Shown here one piece after another: positions 35,470-44,648 of a stretch of 45,911 nucleotides of DNA. A program made the translations under genes and the position numbers. Origin of the DNA: Clostridiales bacterium UBA3953 (GTDB lineage Bacteria > Bacillota > Clostridia > Oscillospirales > CAG-272). Numbering within the stretch: position 1 is the stretch's first letter; every line of letters begins with the position of its first letter. Location: positions 3,117 to 49,027 of the forward strand of contig DGDL01000088.1 of the NCBI GenBank assembly GCA_002385415.1. The letters run 5' to 3'. Below the pieces are notes generated by a model, which saw only the letters and a list, made by a program, of their open reading frames with translations, did no database searches and was not told the origin of the DNA.

Positions 35470-36570
35470 ATGACATTATATCCTGATGTTGAGCATGGCA
35501 TTGTCAGCAGGCTGCAGGGCACTTTTTTCGGCTATCAGGGCTGGCCGACGGTTTGCCGCGACGAGCGGGGCACCTTATATGTTGGATGCTCGGGATTTCG
35601 CTTTCAGCATGTCTGCCCGTTTGGGAAAACCGTGATGTATGTCAGTTTTGACGAGGGCAGGACATGGACTCCGCCTGTCGTTGTAAACGACACATACCTT
35701 GATGACCGGGACGCGGGCATTGTGTCGCTCGGCGACGGCAAGCTGCTGCTCACTTGGTTTTGCCATCCCGCAAAGGTGTATTTGGAAAACTACTATAGCT
35801 CCATAAAATCCTCCGCATCAAGGCGGGAGGCTCTGGTGACATTAGGCATAATGGCCGCTTATGACACTTTAAGCGAAGAAGACAAACAAGGAGGCTCGTA
35901 TGTACGGCTGTCAAAAGACGGCGGAATCACATGGGGAGAACCGATAAAAGTGCCGGTAACGGCGCCGCATGGTCCAAATGTGCTGCCCGATGGCAGACTT
36001 TTATATCTCGGCAAGGAGTGGTTCTCAAGTACGGAGGACAGGCACGCTATTTTGGCTTACGAGAGCACCGACGACGGGCAGACGTGGCAGCGGCTGGCAA
36101 AAATAAAGCTGCCCGAAAATACAACGCCGGACAATTTTCACGAGCCGCATGTCATAAGTTTGCCGGACGGTACACTGCTCGGCGCGATTCGAGCACAGGG
36201 CAGCAATGTCGATTTCGGTTTTACAATTTACACATGCCGCTCAACCGACGGCGGGAAAACATGGAGCATCCCAAAACCGACCGGTATATGCGGTTCGCCG
36301 CCCCATTTGATGCTCCACTCGTCGGGCGCGCTGGTTTGCACATTCGGCAGGCGTACAAAGCCGTTTGGCGAACGCGCAGCCGTCAGCTATGACTATGGAG
36401 AAACATGGCAGGACGAATATGTGCTGTTCGACGACGCACCGGACACCGATTTGGGCTATCCTTCAACAGTTGAGCTTTCCGACGGCTCGCTTTTAACTGT
36501 GTACTATCAGAAATATGCCGGAGACGAAAAATGCTCGATTCTGCAAACGCGGTGGCGGCTGAAAAACTGA
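35470..36570 (+). CDS. Asp-box (BNR) sialidase-fold beta-propeller protein, cytoplasmic
   Basis: Five S-x-D-x-G-x-T-W boxes (SFDEGRTW, SKDGGITW, STDDGQTW, STDGGKTW, SYDYGETW) and DLGYP. No signal peptide. Confidence 0.85.
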   Translation: MTLYPDVEHGIVSRLQGTFFGYQGWPTVCRDERGTLYVGCSGFRFQHVCPFGKTVMYVSFDEGRTWTPPVVVNDTYLDDRDAGIVSLGDGKLLLTWFCHPAKVYLENYYSSIKSSASRREALVTLGIMAAYDTLSEEDKQGGSYVRLSKDGGITWGEPIKVPVTAPHGPNVLPDGRLLYLGKEWFSSTEDRHAILAYESTDDGQTWQRLAKIKLPENTTPDNFHEPHVISLPDGTLLGAIRAQGSNVDFGFTIYTCRSTDGGKTWSIPKPTGICGSPPHLMLHSSGALVCTFGRRTKPFGERAAVSYDYGETWQDEYVLFDDAPDTDLGYPSTVELSDGSLLTVYYQKYAGDEKCSILQTRWRLKN

Positions 36571-36615
36571 ATCTGTTAGGACTGCTACATACAAAGACAG
36601 ATATTTAAACCGGCG

Positions 36616-36655
36616 AAAGTGCCTGCAGTTTGAAGATGCAGGCACTTTTTATTTT
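36616..36655 (+). terminator. intrinsic terminator
   Basis: AAAGTGCCTGCA...TGCAGGCACTTT followed by TTATTTT. Confidence 0.8.
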
Positions 36656-36662
36656 GCATGAT

Positions 36663-36695
36663 AAAAAAACGCCCGCTCCGAAACCGGAGCAGGCG
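36663..36695 (-). terminator. intrinsic terminator, opposite strand
   Basis: Minus strand CGCCTGCTCCG-GTTT-CGGAGCGGGCG followed by TTTTTTT. Confidence 0.75.
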
Positions 36696-36764
36696 CAGAA
36701 TGGTCGAAATATTTGGCACTTTTATTGCGGTTGTGTTCAATAGTGAAGATAACTCGAACGGGCA

Positions 36765-36884
36765 ACGATCCACTTCAAACACCCGCCCGTCCGGCCACTT
36801 TAAGGTGAGCGGCGTTACTTTGCCGGCAGGGTCATGTCGCGAGATTACCTCAACATTGACGTGCTGAAATATCAAGTGAAACAT
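36765..36884 (-). pseudogene. truncated fragment of a small mobile-element-associated protein
   Basis: VNVEVISRHDPAGKVTPLTLKWPDGRVFEVDR resembles, from memory, the N-terminal half of small clostridial proteins found beside Y-family polymerase genes. Similarity stops after EVDR. Confidence 0.45.
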
Positions 36885-36917
36885 GGAGTATGAGAGGCGG
36901 CAATTTATACTGTTTGT

Positions 36918-36949
36918 AAAAAAAGAAAAATGCAAGGTTTAGACCTTGC
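36918..36949 (-). terminator. tmRNA terminator
   Basis: Minus strand GCAAGGT-CTAA-ACCTTGC followed by ATTTTTCTTTTTTT. Confidence 0.75.
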
Positions 36950-36981
36950 CTTAACCGAAATCAGCAGTTTTTGGATTTCAC

Positions 36982-37330
36982 TGGTGGAGGCGAGGGGAAT
37001 CGAACCCCTGTCCGAAAACTCATCCGAATTGCTTTCTACGGGTGTAGTCCGTTCAATTTTCTCCCCCGTGCCAGGTGAACGGACAAACCCGGTACAGGGC
37101 AGCGTTTTTTTCCGTGACCGTTATAAACGCTAACTGGCGGTTCACGTTCGCCACTACATCACGCCCTGCGCCGAGCCGTGGCCCTCTCGGCGTGGACGGT
37201 AGCGGAACTTAAGCCGCTACGAGTTCAGTGTTATAGTTGTCGTTTATTTTTTTCGAAGCAGTTTATAGAGTTACTTCAGCTCTACCCGCTTACAAATCTT
37301 CAGAATCCCCGTCGAAACCATTACGCCCCC
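36982..37330 (-). ncRNA. ssrA: tmRNA
   Basis: 5' GGGGGCGTAATGGTTTCGAC and 3' GGGGTTCGATTCCCCTCGCCTCCACCA with the G3-U70 Ala identity pair. Tag frame DNYNTELVAA* at 37209-37241. smpB nearby. Confidence 0.96.
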
Positions 37331-37349
37331 ATGTTTTTATTGCAGTATT

Positions 37350-37378
37350 ATTATATCACAGGTGTGCGGTGTTGTCAA
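37350..37378 (-). promoter_or_regulatory. consensus sigma-A promoter of ssrA
   Basis: TTGACA-17nt-TATAAT. Confidence 0.88.
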
Positions 37379-38229
37379 TTATAACATTGCGGCAAATGAA
37401 TATCGCCGGCTGTGACCGGAAGGCAGCCGAGCGCGGCACCCGTGAAGCTGCCGTGGCTGTCCGAGCCGCAGGTTACATACAGCCCAAGCTCGTCGCACAG
37501 TGCAAGGTACCTCGCGACAGTCGCCTCGTCGTGCCGCGGATAGTAGCACTCGATGCCGTCTATCCCCTGCTCCACAAGAGCGCGCAGCTTTGCCTCGAAC
37601 ACCGGCCCGTCAAGCGTGCCGAACGTGACGCCCGGATGCGCGAGTACAGCTATCCCGCCTGCGCGGTGGATTGCCCTGCATGTTTCGGCAACGGTCGGAA
37701 ATCCCGCCGTGTCATATCCGACGCCGTACATAGGATATAGGCGCGCGCCGTCAAGCGGAGTGCTTGTTATGCCCTTTTCGACCAAATAATGCAGCGCCTT
37801 CCAGCCACCGAGTCTGTGGTCGTGCTCAAATGCGCCGTACTCGGCGACCGAAACACGCTCGCCGGCGCGCTCCATGACCTCGATGAGCCGATCGCTCATC
37901 TCATCGAGCCTGCGCCTGCCGTCGGCGACAAAAGCCGCAAACTCCGAATCGCCAAAACGATAGCCGTAGGCGAGCACATGCAAGCATGTGCCGCCTTCGC
38001 ACGCGGTCAGCTCGACAGCCGGGATGCATTTAACCGGACTGGCTGCCGAGAGCCTCGCAAGCTCCTCCGAGCCGGTCAGAAGATCATGGTCGGCAATAGC
38101 GAGCAACGCGACTCCGCGCTCCTCCGCCAGCGCTAATATCTCCGCCGGCGTCTGCGTGCCGTCGGAATAAATCGAGTGAACGTGCAGGTCGACGCGCCCG
38201 CCAGCTATATTCGGCTCACCTACGGCCAC
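37375..38229 (-). CDS. PHP-domain metal-dependent phosphoesterase (TrpH/YciV-like)
   Basis: DLHVHS..SDG, ADHD, VE, LHVLAY, LAHP, GIE.YYP.H, GSDSHG. Confidence 0.92.
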   Translation of the reverse strand: MAVGEPNIAGGRVDLHVHSIYSDGTQTPAEILALAEERGVALLAIADHDLLTGSEELARLSAASPVKCIPAVELTACEGGTCLHVLAYGYRFGDSEFAAFVADGRRRLDEMSDRLIEVMERAGERVSVAEYGAFEHDHRLGGWKALHYLVEKGITSTPLDGARLYPMYGVGYDTAGFPTVAETCRAIHRAGGIAVLAHPGVTFGTLDGPVFEAKLRALVEQGIDGIECYYPRHDEATVARYLALCDELGLYVTCGSDSHGSFTGAALGCLPVTAGDIHLPQCYN

Positions 38230-38247
38230 TTTATACCTCCGATGCGG

Positions 38248-39294
38248 CTATGCTTGCCGCTTGATATAGCTTATGTACTGCTTCCAGTCCTCAAGCTTGA
38301 GCTTATGCTCGCCCGGACGCAGATGATAGCCTATCTCACCGCCGTGCAGCACGTCCCCGGCAACAGGCTCGCGGTCGAGCAGCTCGACGCCGGTGCCGCC
38401 ATAAAGCTTCCACGCCGGCGAAGCCGCGACGCAGCATAGGTACGAGGCGCGTGGGTCAGCCCATAAATCCTCCTCAGCCGCGCCGACCAGCAACCTGCGC
38501 GGAGCCGAAAGCGCCATAAGGTAATGCTGGTCGAACGGCATATCTTCCTCTCTGCCCGCGTATTGCGCGTAGGCGTTGCAGAACCAGTACGGGAACCGCT
38601 GCGTGATGTCGGCGACTCGCTCGCCGCGCTTGCCGCGCGTTATCGCGTCGCCCGAGCAGCCGCTGTTATTAGAGATTACAAACGCAAACCGCCCGCTCAT
38701 CGCGCCGGCGACGAGCGCGGTTTTGCCAAGCCTTGAGTGCCCTATTACGGCGATACGCCCCGGGTCGACAAACTGCTGGCCCGCCAGCCAGTCGGCGACA
38801 AGGCAGGCGGTCTGCGCCCACATCATTATTTTTCCGCAGCCAAACTCGGGACGGTCGGCGGGAGTTTTTATGCCCTCGCCGTACACTTTGCCCGAAAGCC
38901 CGTTTGACATGTCGCCGTCGTCGCTTGTGACGTTTTTGTATATAAACGTGCAAAGCGCAAAGCCGCTGTCGGTCACAAGCTTTATAAGCTCCTCGCCCGG
39001 AGGCTCGAAAGCTATGTAGACGAATGTCAGCTCTACGCTATCGCCGCCGGGCCACGCCATAGTCAGCTCGACCGGATGGGAGCCATGCTCCGCCCCGATC
39101 TCAAGCGTGACATTCGCCGTCTTGCTTCCGCAGGAGTTTATACGGCTCCCAAGAAGCCCGAGCTTCGCGGGGTAGCCGTACTCGCCGCGGCAAAGGATTT
39201 CAAAAAGCTCGGCGCGCCTGCCTTCCCATTCGGAGGGGGTTTTTGCCCCGCCAAGCAGATCGGGCAAGCCCGCAATCGCGGAATCGTACCACAT
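38248..39294 (-). CDS. CE15 (glucuronoyl esterase-like) alpha/beta hydrolase
   Basis: GHSRLGKTA nucleophile motif, SGCSG, GE, FPYWF, PFDQH, APR, D.WADP, RPG.H. Confidence 0.82.
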   Translation of the reverse strand: MWYDSAIAGLPDLLGGAKTPSEWEGRRAELFEILCRGEYGYPAKLGLLGSRINSCGSKTANVTLEIGAEHGSHPVELTMAWPGGDSVELTFVYIAFEPPGEELIKLVTDSGFALCTFIYKNVTSDDGDMSNGLSGKVYGEGIKTPADRPEFGCGKIMMWAQTACLVADWLAGQQFVDPGRIAVIGHSRLGKTALVAGAMSGRFAFVISNNSGCSGDAITRGKRGERVADITQRFPYWFCNAYAQYAGREEDMPFDQHYLMALSAPRRLLVGAAEEDLWADPRASYLCCVAASPAWKLYGGTGVELLDREPVAGDVLHGGEIGYHLRPGEHKLKLEDWKQYISYIKRQA

Positions 39295-39324
39295 TTTGCA
39301 TACCTCCCGTAAAGGCTGACTGTC

Positions 39325-39353
39325 ATTATATCATGACGGGATTTTTTGGTCAA
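39325..39353 (-). promoter_or_regulatory. sigma-A promoter with an overlapping inverted repeat
   Basis: TTGACC-17nt-TATAAT. GTCAT-N6-ATGAC spans the -10. Confidence 0.7.
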
Positions 39354-39551
39354 GACGCAAATTTTTTCTCGGTCAATTGCGCAAACAACCCATGCGCAGC
39401 GATGTATTATACTTTGCGCTGTCCCGTTTGCGGCGGAGAGTGTGGACGGGCGTGCTTAATTTTGATTTACTCGGGCACGTCATGCCCGCTGTCCCGATTG
39501 TTGCGGGACGGGGAACGGGCTGCGCGGATGTAATTTACCGCACTGCCAGCT

Positions 39552-40097
39552 TCAACCGAGGTCGACGGACTCGCCGACAAACGTAACCGCCTCGGAAAGC
39601 GGCCTGCGGTCGCGCAGGCTCGGCTCGGATGCAGGCGTGCCAATAGTCAGTATAGCGGTCGGCGTGTGGCCGTCTGCTATGTCAAAGTGCTTTTTGCACT
39701 TTTCGATGTCCATCGGCCCAATCCAGCAGCCGCCGAGTCCGAGGTCGGCTGCGCGCAGCAGCATGTGGTTTATGGCGCCCGCGGCGTCGTGCTCGGCAAA
39801 CGCCCTGCCCCGCTCGGCACCGAACCGCTCGCAAAGCCGCGCGACTATCTCCTCGCGGACGCAAACGACTATTATCAGCGGCACTTCGTTTGCCCACGGA
39901 ATATACGCGACATTGCGGTGCGCGCTCCGTATTTTCTCGCGGTCGGTGACGGCGTAAAAATGCCACGACTGGTAGTTGCATGCGTTTGGCGCTCGGATGC
40001 CTGCCGCGAGAATCGCTTTGATCTGCTCCGGCGTGACAGGAGCTTCCTTATACGAGCGAACACAGGCGCGGTGTGCAAGAAGATCGGTGAATTCCAT
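39552..40097 (-). CDS. nitroreductase family protein
   Basis: R.CVRSY, APNACNYQSWHF, MLL.A.DLGLGGCWIG, IG.P, RRPL. Start moved to the ATG after GAGGTG. Confidence 0.92.
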   Translation of the reverse strand: MEFTDLLAHRACVRSYKEAPVTPEQIKAILAAGIRAPNACNYQSWHFYAVTDREKIRSAHRNVAYIPWANEVPLIIVVCVREEIVARLCERFGAERGRAFAEHDAAGAINHMLLRAADLGLGGCWIGPMDIEKCKKHFDIADGHTPTAILTIGTPASEPSLRDRRPLSEAVTFVGESVDLG

Positions 40098-40404
40098 TGA
40101 TATGCACCTCTCCATTTCAATAATATTTGCACTTTTTTCGCTGTCCAATCGCCGTCGGTGCTTTATTTACCTCATTCTTTAATATGTCTGTCCATAATTT
40201 ATGAAAACTTGCGATTTTGCGCGGGGCGCTGTTTATATGCTGTTTTTGGCTCGGTTGATGCCAATAGTTATCTCTCGCTTTTGCCATACACAAGAAAATA
40301 GCATAGAGAAAAGGCATAAGTTATAATTTAGCGTGCAAACCAACAAGAAAAACCGGTACAAAAGCTTTTGGCGTCGGAGCTTTTAAAAAACTTCCTGTTA
40401 AAGT

Positions 40405-40869
40405 CTAATAATCGCCCCGCTCTATATCACGCTGGATTTGGCGTTCCGCCTCTGCCTCGCGCTTGTCATAGAGCCTCTTACCTTTACACAGCCCCAGTTC
40501 CACTTTAACGCGCGGGCCGGAAAAGTACAGCGACAGCGGCACGAGTGTATAGCCCTGTCTGGACGTTGCCTCCTGCAGTTTGCGAATCTCCCTTTTATGC
40601 ATCAGCAGCTTTTTCTCGCGGAGCGGGTCGCGGTTGTATATGTTTCCCTGCTCGTAGGGGCTGATATGCATGCCGAGCGCGAAAATCTCGCCGCCCCGAA
40701 TCACGCAGTAAGAGTCACGCAGGTTGACATTGCCCCTGCGGATGGACTTGACCTCCGTTCCGAACAGCTCTATGCCCGCTTCATAAGTTTCCTCAACAAA
40801 GTAATCGTGCCGGGCCTTGCGGTTTTGCACAATTACCCGCTTTTCTTTTCTGTTTTTAGCGTCGGCCAT
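40405..40869 (-). CDS. smpB: SsrA-binding protein
   Basis: NRKARHDY, EAGIEL.GTEVKS.R, HISPYEQG, KLLMHKREI, GK.LYDKR. Confidence 0.98.
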   Translation of the reverse strand: MADAKNRKEKRVIVQNRKARHDYFVEETYEAGIELFGTEVKSIRRGNVNLRDSYCVIRGGEIFALGMHISPYEQGNIYNRDPLREKKLLMHKREIRKLQEATSRQGYTLVPLSLYFSGPRVKVELGLCKGKRLYDKREAEAERQIQRDIERGDY

Positions 40870-40936
40870 TTTCGGCTCCCTTCCGCTTATATGAAAAGTA
40901 TTTGCGAGCCGGGGACATTGTCCCTTTGCCGGCCGC

Positions 40937-42310
40937 TTATCCCCGCTCGTCTATTGGTAAATATTTTCTGCTCATATCGCCCACGAACTTATACGACGGG
41001 CGGATTATCTTGCCGCCGCTCATAAGCTCCTCGAGCCGGTGGGCGCTCCATCCCGCGATACGCGCAATCGCGAATATCGGCGTATAAAGCTCGGTGGGCA
41101 GCCCCAGCATGCTGTAAACAAACCCGCTGTAAAAATCGATGTTTGCCGCAACGCCCTTGTATATCTTGCGTTTTTCGGCAATTATCTTCGGCGCAAGCTC
41201 CGCGACTTTCGAGTATAGCTTGTAATCGTCCATGAGGCCTTTTTCTTCGGCCAGCTGGCAGACAAACGACTTCAATATATCGGCACGCGGGTCGGACAGC
41301 GAGTACACTGCGTGGCCCATGCCGTATATAAGCCCCGAGCGGTCGAACGCCTGTTTGTTGAGAAGCCTGATAAGATAATCGGCTATCTTTTCGTCCGAGG
41401 TGTCGCCGTCAAGCTCGCGTTTCATGTCCTCGAACATGCGCACAACCTTGATGTTTGCGCCGCCGTGCTTCGGCCCCTTAAGCGATGCGAGCGAGGCGGC
41501 AAACGTCGAGTATGTATCCGTACCCGACGAAGTGACGACATGGGTCGTGAATGTTGAGTTGTTACCGCCGCCGTGCTCGGCATGCAGCACGAGCGCAAGG
41601 TCGAGTATCTTTGCCTCGAGCGGCGAATATTTGCTGTCAGGACGAAGCAGATGCAGGATATTCTCGGCAGTCGAAAGTTTCGGGTCGGGTGAGTGTATGA
41701 AAAGGCTTTGTCCGTCTATATAATGAGAGAATGCCTGATAGGCATACACGCTTATCAGCGGCATGGTGGATATAAGCTGTATGCACTGACGCAGCACGTT
41801 TGGCAGCGATATGTCGTCGGCGTTCTCGTCATAAGCGTAAAGCGTGAGCACTCCACGCGCCAGCGTGTTCATCATGTCGCGGCTGGGCGCTTTGAGTATT
41901 ATGTCGCGCACAAAATTGGTCGGCAGAGTGCGGTATCCCGAAATCAGCGCCGAAAAGTCGGCAAGCTCGTTTTTGGTCGGGAGCCGCGAGAACAGAAGCA
42001 GATATACAATCTCCTCAAACCCATAGCGGTTCTCGGAAATAAACCCGGCAACAAGGTCGCGGATGTCGTATCCGCGGTATATAAGCACACCGTCGCAGGG
42101 ATGCTCCACTCCCTGCTCGTCTTTTTTGTACGCGATGATGTCCGATACCTCGGTCAGACCGGCAATAACGCCTTTTCCGCTCAAATCACGCAGTCCTCGT
42201 TTGACGTCATATTTGACGTATAGCTGGGGGTCAATTATGCTACTGCAAGCAAGCTTGCTTGCAAGTTCCATAATCTCCGGCGTTATATCGCAATATCTGT
42301 AGCCGGGCAT
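40937..42310 (-). CDS. gltA: citrate synthase (Si-type family)
   Basis: YRGY, LHAEHGGGNNSTF, GPKHGGAN, GMGHAVY..DPRA, ANIDFYSG, ARIAGW.AH, IRP. Confidence 0.92.
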   Translation of the reverse strand: MPGYRYCDITPEIMELASKLACSSIIDPQLYVKYDVKRGLRDLSGKGVIAGLTEVSDIIAYKKDEQGVEHPCDGVLIYRGYDIRDLVAGFISENRYGFEEIVYLLLFSRLPTKNELADFSALISGYRTLPTNFVRDIILKAPSRDMMNTLARGVLTLYAYDENADDISLPNVLRQCIQLISTMPLISVYAYQAFSHYIDGQSLFIHSPDPKLSTAENILHLLRPDSKYSPLEAKILDLALVLHAEHGGGNNSTFTTHVVTSSGTDTYSTFAASLASLKGPKHGGANIKVVRMFEDMKRELDGDTSDEKIADYLIRLLNKQAFDRSGLIYGMGHAVYSLSDPRADILKSFVCQLAEEKGLMDDYKLYSKVAELAPKIIAEKRKIYKGVAANIDFYSGFVYSMLGLPTELYTPIFAIARIAGWSAHRLEELMSGGKIIRPSYKFVGDMSRKYLPIDERG

Positions 42311-42677
42311 TTATATAATCACCGCCTTGAAAATAGATTTAAAAATGCTTTAAAAATCTGATTATAGCACAAGATTATAACACAAATTTGTGAACAATGC
42401 TTTTCGGGGACTGTAATTTTTTAAGAAAATAGCTATAAAGCCCTTTAACCGAAGGAAAATTTTCTGTGCAATACTGCAAAATCCATCCAGGCTAAGCTTT
42501 TCGGTTCGGCGGTGCTGGTCGGCGCAGGGAGCCGAAGCTCCGGTTTGGCACGGTCGGATATTGCGATGCGACTCCGGTGGCCGCATTATGCAATTTTCGC
42601 GTCTCGACGGTGGCAAAAAGGCGGGCATACCGATGCAAGGTCACACAGACTCGCCGGAATATTCCCGCCTCTCAATA

Positions 42678-43670
42678 TTACTCTAAACCCAGTCCGGTCT
42701 GCTCGCAGTATTCCTCAAGCGTCAGCCCCGACTCGTATATTTTAAATGCGTGGTAGCGACCGACATAGCGGTAGTGCCACGGCTCGTATATTATGCCTGT
42801 GATGTGTGTTTTGTCTTTTGGATAGCGCAATATAAAACCGAACTTCCACGCGTTTTCCTTCAGCCACTGAAACTCAAATGTGTTTTCGAACACCTCGTCA
42901 GCCGAGGACAGAGTGTGGATGTCGACCGCAAGTCCCGACTGGTGCTCGCTTTGGCCGGGGATTGCCACTATTGTGGCTGCTTTCTTTTTCGCCTCCTCCT
43001 CGCCAAGGTACGCATAGACGCTTACCCGGTAGTCATAGAGAAACTGCTGGTAATCGTACGAGCGATAGCAGCTGGTGACGGTAAGCCCGGTGGAGCAGCC
43101 GTTTGCATAGGCCTCGCTGAGCATGGCTTCAAGCGCTTTTGCCGCATACAGCCGCAGGTATGGTGACTGCACGCCGCTGCGCACAAAAGGCGCGCTGACC
43201 AGGTCATCGGGTTTGTAGTCTTTGTCAAGCTTATAAGTTTGGTTTATCAGCTTTATATATGCGTCGCGGTCGGAGGGGTTCATGTACTCCTCCAGCTCGG
43301 ACAAATCGAGCTTAAACGTCACACCGCTGATAGCCGCCTGAACATACTCCTCTTCGTCCACCGCCCCCATCACGGGCGCCGGGACTGCCGGCGATGCCAT
43401 GCGCGCCGCCTCGGTCAGCCCAAAGGGCTCGCCCCCGACATTGACGCGCAGCAGCATTGTTATGCCAAGCGCCGATACGCCGAGTAGCGCAAGATATATC
43501 ACCAGAAGAAGTATGTATCTGGCGATATATACCGATACATGCGTGCGCCGTCGCGTGGTCTGCGCTCTGCGCAGCGCGGGCTTTTGCACCCGACGTCTCA
43601 TATTTGCATTGTATTGGACGGGATGCCTTATCCCCGCTCGGTTTGATGCGTTATAGTAGCTTTTGTTCAT
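42678..43670 (-). CDS. membrane-anchored D-Ala-D-Ala carboxypeptidase, peptidase M15B (VanY-like)
   Basis: Basic N-terminus plus TM helix, S.YRS...Q, PGQSEHQSGLAVD, GFILRYP, YEPWHYRYVG. Confidence 0.9.
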   Translation of the reverse strand: MNKSYYNASNRAGIRHPVQYNANMRRRVQKPALRRAQTTRRRTHVSVYIARYILLLVIYLALLGVSALGITMLLRVNVGGEPFGLTEAARMASPAVPAPVMGAVDEEEYVQAAISGVTFKLDLSELEEYMNPSDRDAYIKLINQTYKLDKDYKPDDLVSAPFVRSGVQSPYLRLYAAKALEAMLSEAYANGCSTGLTVTSCYRSYDYQQFLYDYRVSVYAYLGEEEAKKKAATIVAIPGQSEHQSGLAVDIHTLSSADEVFENTFEFQWLKENAWKFGFILRYPKDKTHITGIIYEPWHYRYVGRYHAFKIYESGLTLEEYCEQTGLGLE

Positions 43671-43672
43671 TA

Positions 43673-44452
43673 TTATCCAATGTCTGAAAAAATTATTTTA
43701 AAGTTCCACGACAGCGACTGTCCCGCCTCGATTACACGCTCGCCTTTGAAGTGGAAGTTGTTGACGGCAAAAAGCCCGTAATCGCGCACATGCCATGCGG
43801 TCGGGTAGTCGATATTTGAGGGGTCGTCGATTATCTTAATCGAGACCTGCCTGCCGCCCAGCGTGCCCGAGTATTTGCACCACGGCGACACCTTGCCCCA
43901 GCACTCGCGCTCACCGACAAGACCCTCGGCATTCTCTATCCTGCCGCCGCGATCGCCGCGCAGCTCGTCCGCAACGCGGATAGCCAGCGGGCCCGCCTCC
44001 TTGGTTGGACCGAGCGTTATCTTGCCGTACGATGCGGTAAAGATGATTTTATGTTTTATCTCGACAGCGCCGCAGAGATCGGCAAAGCAAAATTCGCGCC
44101 GCTCGTCGAGGTACGGCGTGCCGTCGCGTGACTTCCAAAGATTTTGTGCGACAAAGCGCTCGCGCTCGAGTGCCTCTATGCGCACATGCTCGATAATTCC
44201 GCTGTCTTTCGGCTCGTTCCAGCAGTCGATAGGCAGATGGCCTTCGAGGATTACCTCGCCGTGGCCGACAAAAACCGAGCGCTGGTGAGGATGCTCGGGA
44301 TTATGGTCGTCGGCGCGGGTGAATGAATGCCCGTCGGCTGTCAGCACCGGTCCAAGAAAGGGCTTTAGGAATCCCGTGTAGACATAGCGCGCGAAAAGTG
44401 AGCCACGACGGTTGATTTCAAGGTATCCGTCTTTCTCTGTTATGTTGAACAT
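43673..44452 (-). CDS. DUF6807 ('PmoA family') protein of unknown function
   Basis: KPFL.PV.T..G...TR....HPHQRS.F.GH, KE.G..IRV, WGK...W..Y.G, P.N..YPT.WHVRDYGLF.VN. Confidence 0.75.
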   Translation of the reverse strand: MFNITEKDGYLEINRRGSLFARYVYTGFLKPFLGPVLTADGHSFTRADDHNPEHPHQRSVFVGHGEVILEGHLPIDCWNEPKDSGIIEHVRIEALERERFVAQNLWKSRDGTPYLDERREFCFADLCGAVEIKHKIIFTASYGKITLGPTKEAGPLAIRVADELRGDRGGRIENAEGLVGERECWGKVSPWCKYSGTLGGRQVSIKIIDDPSNIDYPTAWHVRDYGLFAVNNFHFKGERVIEAGQSLSWNFKIIFSDIG

Positions 44453-44648
44453 AATGGCACCCTGCACCTGCCGGACGCGCAGGCTGCGTCGTCCGTCGGC
44501 GCTTCTCCTTTCTGTTATTTAGAGCGTGATACGGATCCGGCAAAATGCCGAATATGGCGTGACGCGAAGGAATGCGTGGTTCCCTCACTTTATATCTTCG
44601 GCGAAACGAGTTTTCCCCCGTTTGCCGTTATTTCGGCTCTGTATTCGG

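Noticed and set aside
36982-37030. tRNA gene, or an att duplication of the tmRNA 3' end
   Set aside because: The tRNA-like end belongs to tmRNA. I found no second copy of its 3' end beyond a 9-bp chance match in trpA.
42678-43670. Vancomycin resistance (vanY) locus
   Set aside because: No vanH/A/X or vanRS nearby. M15B carboxypeptidases are common housekeeping enzymes.
43673-44452. Methane monooxygenase subunit PmoA
   Set aside because: The protein is soluble with no TM helices and no pmoCB. The family label is a misnomer.
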